Assembly (NCBI GenBank): GCA_036478295.1
Contig: JAZGDW010000073.1
Coordinates: 1 to 13,652, forward strand
DNA length: 13,652 bases
From: Candidatus Krumholzibacteriia bacterium
GTDB taxonomy: Bacteria; Krumholzibacteriota; Krumholzibacteriia; WVZY01
Direction: 5' to 3'
A program made the position numbers and the translations under genes. Below, piece after piece: positions 7,984 through 13,652 of the stretch (the first letter of the stretch is position 1; each line of letters begins with the position of its first letter). The notes beneath the pieces are model-generated. The model made no database searches, was not told the origin of the DNA, and saw only the letters and a list, made by a program, of their open reading frames with translations.

Positions 7984-9709
7984 CGCACCGGCGATACTGC
8001 GTACCGGCATCGTCGTGGCGCTCCTGGCGGGCTCCTCGCCGGTGGCCCGCGCCAGTGCGCGCGCGGTCGAAATAACCGGCAATCGATACATCGCGACCGA
8101 CCACATCCGGAGACTGCTGCCCCCGCAGGCCTGGGGCCGCGAGAGAGACGACGTCGTGCTCAGGCGTTTACAACAGGCGTACATCCAGCAGGGATACCTG
8201 TCCGCAACAATCCGTCTCGAACGCCGCACGGCGGACTCGACACTGGTGTTGCTTGTGGACGAAGGCGAGGTGGCACGGTTCGGTCGCGTTCGCATCGCGG
8301 GTGCCAGCCACTTTCCGGAGCCGGAAATTCGCCACGCCCTGGGGGTGCAGATCGGTGGCCCGTTTCACCCCGCCCGGCTGCGGGATGGCATCGAGGAGAT
8401 GCTGCGGCGTTACGACGGCGCCGGTTTCCCTTTTGCCCAGGTGTGGATGGACAGCCTGCAGCTTGATCCGGACGTTTCCCGCGTGGACCTCACAATCCAC
8501 ATCGTCGAGGGCGGTAACCATAAGGTATCGCGCATCAAGGTAGAAGGTTTGCAAAAGACGCGCGAAGAGCTTGCCGTGAAACTTTCGGGACTGGCCGCCG
8601 GCGAGCCCTACGATGGCGAGAAGCTGGAGGAGGCCTACCTGCGCATGAGCAGCAGTGGGTTGTTCGAGGATGTCGCGTATCCAGAAATCAGACTCTCACC
8701 CCAAGGTGACGGCGTGGAGGCGCTGATCCGTGTGGTCGAATCACGCAGGAGCAACAGGTTTTCCGCGGCGTTCGGGTTCGCCGACCGGGAGGGAACTACG
8801 GACAGGGTTCTCAGCGGTGTGGTGCGCCTCGACCTGGCGAATATCGGAGGAACCCTGCGGGACCTGAACGTCTTCTGGCGGAATGACGGTGCGGGACGCA
8901 GGGAGACGCGGCTGCATTTTCGCCAGAGGTTTCTCTTTGGGCGCCGCATCGACTTCGGCATCCGGCTCGAGCAAATCGGACTGGACACGCTCTACACCTG
9001 GCAATCTCTAGGGGTCGAGACCGAAGCACCGGTGGCAAGGTTGAAGGGCGGCCTTGTCAACGTGGACCTCGCGGTGTACGGCGACCGCAACACGTTCAGT
9101 ACCAACGATATCTCGAAGACCGTGCGGCTGCGCGTGGCGGGTGGTTTCTCCTACGTGCGCGGCAAGTCGGGCCGGGGCGCGTTTTTCGAATTTCGCAACC
9201 GACACACATACGCAAAGAAGAACCTCGACCGTCGCGACGGCGGCGACGGTGGGTCTGTATCGCAATACATTGTCGAGGCGCGGGCCAGGCTGGCGCTGGA
9301 GGTGGGCCGCAATGTCCATCTGACCAACGAAGCCAACGTATTCACCCTGGAAAGCGGTGAGGACCTGGTCCCACTGTCCGAGCAGTTCAACCTCGGCGGT
9401 GCATCCACCCTGCGCGGTTACCGGGAGAACCAGTTTCACGGCCGCCGGGCGGCCTACACGCGGTCGGAGCTTGAGATCGGGCGCAGCCGCCATGAGAACG
9501 CCTACTTGTTCGCCGACACAGGGTACATCCTCCAGGAAACACTATCGGCAACGGGCGGTGTCCTCCAGGACAATCTGTTCAAGGTCGGTTACGGGTTCGG
9601 CCTGCGTACACGATCGAAGGCCGGGAACATCGACATTAGTTTCGGCGTCGGCGAAGAACTTTCCCTTCGCCAGACAAAAGTCCACGTGATTCTCGACCGC
9701 AGCTTCTAA
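7949..9709 (+). CDS. Omp85-family (TamA/BamA-like) outer-membrane protein with 3 POTRA domains, 586 aa
   Basis: Three POTRA-like repeats (ITGNRYI...QGYLSA...VDEG; IAGASHF...AGFPFAQV...IVEG; VEGLQKT...SGLFEDV...VVES). Barrel motifs LGGASTLRGYRENQF and LFADTG, then GYGFGLR and C-terminal F. Overlaps the previous gene by 35 nt. Confidence 0.88.
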   Translation: MNFESKHGLFFSAPAILRTGIVVALLAGSSPVARASARAVEITGNRYIATDHIRRLLPPQAWGRERDDVVLRRLQQAYIQQGYLSATIRLERRTADSTLVLLVDEGEVARFGRVRIAGASHFPEPEIRHALGVQIGGPFHPARLRDGIEEMLRRYDGAGFPFAQVWMDSLQLDPDVSRVDLTIHIVEGGNHKVSRIKVEGLQKTREELAVKLSGLAAGEPYDGEKLEEAYLRMSSSGLFEDVAYPEIRLSPQGDGVEALIRVVESRRSNRFSAAFGFADREGTTDRVLSGVVRLDLANIGGTLRDLNVFWRNDGAGRRETRLHFRQRFLFGRRIDFGIRLEQIGLDTLYTWQSLGVETEAPVARLKGGLVNVDLAVYGDRNTFSTNDISKTVRLRVAGGFSYVRGKSGRGAFFEFRNRHTYAKKNLDRRDGGDGGSVSQYIVEARARLALEVGRNVHLTNEANVFTLESGEDLVPLSEQFNLGGASTLRGYRENQFHGRRAAYTRSELEIGRSRHENAYLFADTGYILQETLSATGGVLQDNLFKVGYGFGLRTRSKAGNIDISFGVGEELSLRQTKVHVILDRSF

Positions 9710-9722
9710 CACCAAATCCCGC

Positions 9723-9751
9723 TGGAATCACCCCGGCCTCGGTGATATGAT
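9723..9751 (+). promoter_or_regulatory. Candidate extended -10 promoter of the hut operon with an overlapping inverted repeat
   Basis: TG-A-TATGAT (9743-9751), with a weak -35 TGGAAT (9723-9728) at 17-nt spacing. ATCACC-N8-GGTGAT (9727-9746) spans the spacer. Confidence 0.45.
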
Positions 9752-9790
9752 AGGCTGTCCGCGCGCGGATTTGCCCGCAGAAAGGCACGA

Positions 9791-11341
9791 ATGAAAGAAA
9801 TCGTACTGGATGGGGAGTCCCTCTCTCTGTCGGACCTCGGCACTTTTCTCGACGACGACGTACGGGTGGCGGCTTGCAAAGCCGCGCGCGAGCGCGTGCA
9901 AGCGGGCGGCGAGTTCTGCGAAAAAATCGCCCGGTCGGACAAGGCACATTACGGGGTCAACACTGGATTCGGTTCGTTCGCGAACCGGCGTATTGACAAG
10001 AAATCACTGGGTCAGCTGCAGAAGAACCTTTTGCGCAGCCACGCGACGGGGATGGGGCATGACCTCCCCGACGACATCGTGCGCCTGATGATGTTGCTGA
10101 GGGTCAACTCGCTCCTGCGCGGCTTCTCGGGCGTGTCGCTCGCCATTGTCGACCACCTGCTCGCGTTTATCAACGGCGGGGTCATTCCCTCGGTGCCTGA
10201 GTACGGTTCCGTAGGCGCAAGCGGCGACCTGGCACCGCTCGCCCACATGGCGCTTCCGCTCATCGGAGAAGGGGCGGTGTGTGTCGATGGCGAACGGATG
10301 GATGGGGCAGCCGCACTGAGCGCGCTCGGGCTGGAGCCGCTCGACCTCAAACCCAAGGAGGGGCTGGCGTTGATCAACGGCACCCAGTTCATGTCGGCCT
10401 ACGCCGTTCGTGAACTGCGGCGATGCAGGCGCAACATTGCGGCAGGGGTGATCGCCGCCGCGATGTCCATCGAGGCTTACGAGGCGACAGATGCGATGTT
10501 CGACGAGAGGATCCACGCGCTGAAGGGCCACCCCGGCCAGATCCAGGTCGCGGCCGCTTTCCGAGACGTGCTCGCGACGAGTGAGATCGTCGCCTCGCAT
10601 CGCGACTGTGACAGGGTGCAGGATCCGTATTCGTTCCGGTGCGCACCCCAGGTTTATGGGGCGGTGCTCGACACCGTTTACTGGGCGGAGGAATGGGTCA
10701 CAAGAGAAATCAATGCGGTTACAGACAATCCGCTTCTATTCGTGGATGAAGAGGACGTGGTATCGGGAGGGAATTTTCACGGTGAGCACATGGCCATCGC
10801 CCTCGACGCGCTGGCCATCGCCCACAGTGAGCTGGGGAGCATCTCGGAGAGACGTACCGACAAACTCCTGGACAACGACAGCAAGAAACTGCCGCAGTGC
10901 CTGATCCGTGACCCTGGCCTGAACTCGGGGTTAATGGTCACCCAGTACCTGGCGGCGTCGCTGGTCAGTGAGAACAAGGTCTACGCGCACCCGGCGTCCG
11001 TCGATTCGATTCCCACGTCGGCCGGTTTCGAAGACCACGTCAGCATGGGTAGCATTTCCGCGTTGAAGCTGGCGAAGATCTCCAGCAACGTGCAGAAGAT
11101 ACTGGCGGTGGAATTGGTGTGCGCCGCACAGGCCCTGGATTATCATCGACCGTTGAAGGCGGGGCGCGGCACCGAAGTCGCGCACGCGTTCATCCGCGGA
11201 CGCGTGCCCTTTATCGAACAGGATTCGGTTCTCAGCGACCATTTGCAGACGGTAGAGGCCGTCGTCTCGGACGGTTCGCTCGTGCGTGAGGTCGAGCGTG
11301 CCACAGGAACGGCGCTGCTCGATCGACGGCGGGAGGAATGA
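9791..11341 (+). CDS. hutH: Histidine ammonia-lyase (histidase), 516 aa
   Basis: [16 protein letters not shown] (the His-specific SH motif), MIO signature [40 protein letters not shown] and EDHVSMG. Followed by hutU. Confidence 0.97.
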   Translation: MKEIVLDGESLSLSDLGTFLDDDVRVAACKAARERVQAGGEFCEKIARSDKAHYGVNTGFGSFANRRIDKKSLGQLQKNLLRSHATGMGHDLPDDIVRLMMLLRVNSLLRGFSGVSLAIVDHLLAFINGGVIPSVPEYGSVGASGDLAPLAHMALPLIGEGAVCVDGERMDGAAALSALGLEPLDLKPKEGLALINGTQFMSAYAVRELRRCRRNIAAGVIAAAMSIEAYEATDAMFDERIHALKGHPGQIQVAAAFRDVLATSEIVASHRDCDRVQDPYSFRCAPQVYGAVLDTVYWAEEWVTREINAVTDNPLLFVDEEDVVSGGNFHGEHMAIALDALAIAHSELGSISERRTDKLLDNDSKKLPQCLIRDPGLNSGLMVTQYLAASLVSENKVYAHPASVDSIPTSAGFEDHVSMGSISALKLAKISSNVQKILAVELVCAAQALDYHRPLKAGRGTEVAHAFIRGRVPFIEQDSVLSDHLQTVEAVVSDGSLVREVERATGTALLDRRREE

Positions 11342-11343
11342 CG

Positions 11344-13014
11344 ATGTCCATCGACCTGACGAACAAGAAAGTGCGAGCGCCCCGCGGCACCAAACTGAGC
11401 TGTAAGGGATGGGCGCAAGAGGCCGCCCTGCGTATGTTGTGCAACAACCTCGACCCGGAGGTCGCGGAGGACCCGAAGAACCTCGTCGTCTACGGGGGCA
11501 GCGGCAAGGCCGCGAGGAACTGGGCGTGTTTCGAGCGTATCGTCAACGAGCTCAGACAGCTCGAGACCCACGAGACGCTTCTCGTGCAATCCGGCAAGCC
11601 CGTTGCCGTCTTCGAGACCCATCCGGGCGCACCCAGGGTACTCATCGCAAACTCGCTTCTCGTCCCCCAGTGGGCGACGTGGGAACATTTCTGGGAGTTG
11701 GAGGGCAAGGGCCTGATGATGTTCGGCCAGATGACTGCCGGCAGCTGGATGTATATCGGTACTCAAGGCGTCCTCCAGGGTACGTACGAGACGTTTACGT
11801 CCTGCGCCGACACGCATTTGGACGGGCCGCGGGGGGGGCGGCTGGTGCTCACCGGGGGTCTCGGGGGTTTGGGGGGGGCGCAACCGCTCGCGATAACCAT
11901 GAACGGTGGCGTGTGCATCGCCGTCGAAGTGGACCCCGAACACATCCGGAGGCGGATCGAAACCCGTTATCTCGACGTCATGGTCGACGACATCGACGAG
12001 GCACTAGACCGCGCCACCGATGCCAGAAAGCACCGCAAACCGTTGTCAATCGGTCTCGCCGGAAACGCCAGCGAGGTGTTTCCCGATATCCTCTCACGCG
12101 GTGAAGTGATCGACATCGTCACCGACCAGACGTCGGCTCACGATGCCCTGAATGGCTACGTGCCGGGGGGTATGACGCTCCAGGACGCGCTCGCGCTCCG
12201 GGAGCGGGATCCGGAGTCTTACGTCTCCCGGGCCATGCAATCGATAGCCCTGCACGTAGAAGCGATGGTCGGTTTTCAGAAGGCAGGGGCGGTTGTTTTC
12301 GATTACGGGAACAACATCCGGGGCCAGGCGCTGAAGGCCGGCTACCAACACGCGTTCGAGTTTCCCGGTTTCGTTCCCGCGTTCGTGCGTCCCCTGTTCT
12401 GTCGGGGCAGCGGTCCGTTCAGGTGGACCGCCCTGTCCGGCGATCCCCAGGACATCGCGGCTAGCGACGACCTCATCCTCGAGCTCTTTCCCGGCAAGAA
12501 AGCGCTGGGACGCTGGATCCGGATGGCGCGGGAACGGGTGGCGTTCCAGGGACTGCCGTCACGGATCTGCTGGCTCGAGTACGGCGAGCGGGCGGAGTTC
12601 GGGCTGGCCCTGAACGACCTGGTCAAGCGAGGACGGATCCGTGCGCCCGTTATCATCGGCCGCGACCATCTCGACAGCGGATCGGTGGCAAGTCCTTTCC
12701 GCGAAACGGAGGGCATGAAGGACGGCAGTGACGCGGTGGCGGACTGGCCGATCTTGAACGCCCTTCTCAACGCTGTCAACGGGGCCGCCTGGGTGTCGGT
12801 GCATCACGGCGGGGGGGTCGGAATGGGCCTCGCCATACACGCCGGCCTGGCGGTGCTCGCGGACGGAACTTCCGATAGCGCAAAGAAGTTACAGCGATGC
12901 CTCACCGGGGACCCTGGCATAGGGATTGCAAGACACGCGGACGCTGGCTACGAAACGGCCATCGATAACGCCCGAAAGCACGGGGTCGAAATCCCGTTTC
13001 TCAGGGACGACTAG
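11344..13014 (+). CDS. hutU: Urocanate hydratase (urocanase)
   Basis: [58 protein letters not shown] and [18 protein letters not shown] (11332-11336) lies 7 nt before ATG 11344. The alternative ATG 11338 overlaps the hutH stop. Confidence 0.97.
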   Translation: MSIDLTNKKVRAPRGTKLSCKGWAQEAALRMLCNNLDPEVAEDPKNLVVYGGSGKAARNWACFERIVNELRQLETHETLLVQSGKPVAVFETHPGAPRVLIANSLLVPQWATWEHFWELEGKGLMMFGQMTAGSWMYIGTQGVLQGTYETFTSCADTHLDGPRGGRLVLTGGLGGLGGAQPLAITMNGGVCIAVEVDPEHIRRRIETRYLDVMVDDIDEALDRATDARKHRKPLSIGLAGNASEVFPDILSRGEVIDIVTDQTSAHDALNGYVPGGMTLQDALALRERDPESYVSRAMQSIALHVEAMVGFQKAGAVVFDYGNNIRGQALKAGYQHAFEFPGFVPAFVRPLFCRGSGPFRWTALSGDPQDIAASDDLILELFPGKKALGRWIRMARERVAFQGLPSRICWLEYGERAEFGLALNDLVKRGRIRAPVIIGRDHLDSGSVASPFRETEGMKDGSDAVADWPILNALLNAVNGAAWVSVHHGGGVGMGLAIHAGLAVLADGTSDSAKKLQRCLTGDPGIGIARHADAGYETAIDNARKHGVEIPFLRDD

Positions 13015-13083
13015 ACGACCGGCTTTCGGCTCGGGCGGCGCTCTACCGGAAGACACCACGGTTCATACACTGAGGAGCGGTAA

Positions 13084-13652
13084 TTGAAGAGGGACGTGGA
13101 CCTTCTCGTACGGAACTGCGGGCAACTGCTGACGCTGAAGGGTGACGGTCTACCGCGTCGAGGTGCGGCCTTGGGCGATCTGGGGCTTGTTGTCAACGCC
13201 ACCCTGGCGGCATTCGAGGGGCGGGTTGTGGACGCGGGTCCGAGCGATGCGCTCGAGCGAGCCGTCGCGCCGGTTCCGGGCTGTCGCGAAATCGACGCGG
13301 GCCGCGCGGTCGTGATGCCGGGTTTCGTCGACTCGCATACCCACACCGTATTCGCCGCGACCAGGCTTGACGAGTACGGGAAACGCGTTCTCGGCGTCCC
13401 CTACGCGGAAATCGCGAAAGCGGGCGGGGGAATCGCAAAAAGCGTATCCGACCTGCGGTCGATGGACGAGCGGGCCCTGTACGACATCAGCGAGCGACGG
13501 CTCCGTGGCTGTGTGAGCTATGGATCCACAACCATCGAAATAAAAAGCGGTTATGGGCTGGACCTCGACAATGAGTTGAAGCAATTGCGGGTCATTCGTG
13601 ACCTGTCGGCGGCGACCTCCGCTCTCGTCGTACCCACATTTCTGGGTGCGCA
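13084..13652 (+). CDS. hutI: Imidazolonepropionase, N-terminal part (3' truncated by window; absent from ORF track)
   Basis: Manual translation from TTG 13084 (GAGGAG at 13072-13077): MKRDVDLLVRNCGQLLTL...VMPGFVDSHTHTVFAATRLDEY...YAEIAKAGGGI...GSTTIEIKSGYGLDLDNELKQL...VPTFLGA. Contains the metal-binding HxH and HutI signature motifs. Confidence 0.95.
   Translation, partial: MKRDVDLLVRNCGQLLTLKGDGLPRRGAALGDLGLVVNATLAAFEGRVVDAGPSDALERAVAPVPGCREIDAGRAVVMPGFVDSHTHTVFAATRLDEYGKRVLGVPYAEIAKAGGGIAKSVSDLRSMDERALYDISERRLRGCVSYGSTTIEIKSGYGLDLDNELKQLRVIRDLSAATSALVVPTFLGA

Noticed and set aside
9791..11341. Possible Phe/Tyr ammonia-lyase or aminomutase of a biosynthetic cluster
   Set aside because: The SH specificity motif (LLRSHATG) and the hutU/hutI context indicate an ordinary histidase.
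13015..13083. hutU-hutI spacer is open in frame with tandem His codons (CAC CAC, 13054-13059) and a weak hairpin
   Set aside because: No start codon, bounded by TAG and TAA, and the hairpin is weak with no U-tract, so neither a leader peptide nor a terminator is supported.
1..13652. CRISPR arrays, tRNA/rRNA, IS elements, intrinsic terminators
   Set aside because: All intergenic gaps are under about 85 nt, and no direct-repeat arrays, cloverleafs, transposase motifs or hairpin-plus-U-tract elements were seen by eye.

Overview
GC-rich bacterial chromosomal window with ten co-directional (+ strand) genes in two blocks. Block 1 (1-9709) is an outer-membrane/secretion cluster: the 3' end of a PorU-like type IX secretion (T9SS) sortase with a type A C-terminal domain, a PorV-family barrel with its own canonical sigma70 promoter, two tandem paralogous membrane proteins of unknown function, an NHL beta-propeller lipoprotein, a 1133-aa predicted outer-membrane protein with SprA-like motifs, and a 3-POTRA Omp85 (TamA/BamA-like) protein. 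Block 2 (9791-end) is a histidine utilisation operon, hutH-hutU-hutI; hutI runs off the window end and is missing from the ORF track. T9SS genes combined with canonical -35/-10 and Shine-Dalgarno signals suggest an FCB-superphylum organism outside Bacteroidia (inference). The best novelty candidate is the uncharacterised five-gene module downstream of porU-porV, which may encode an undescribed outer-membrane translocation or assembly machine. No mobile elements, CRISPR arrays or RNA genes were seen. All family calls rest on motif recognition by eye, not database searches.
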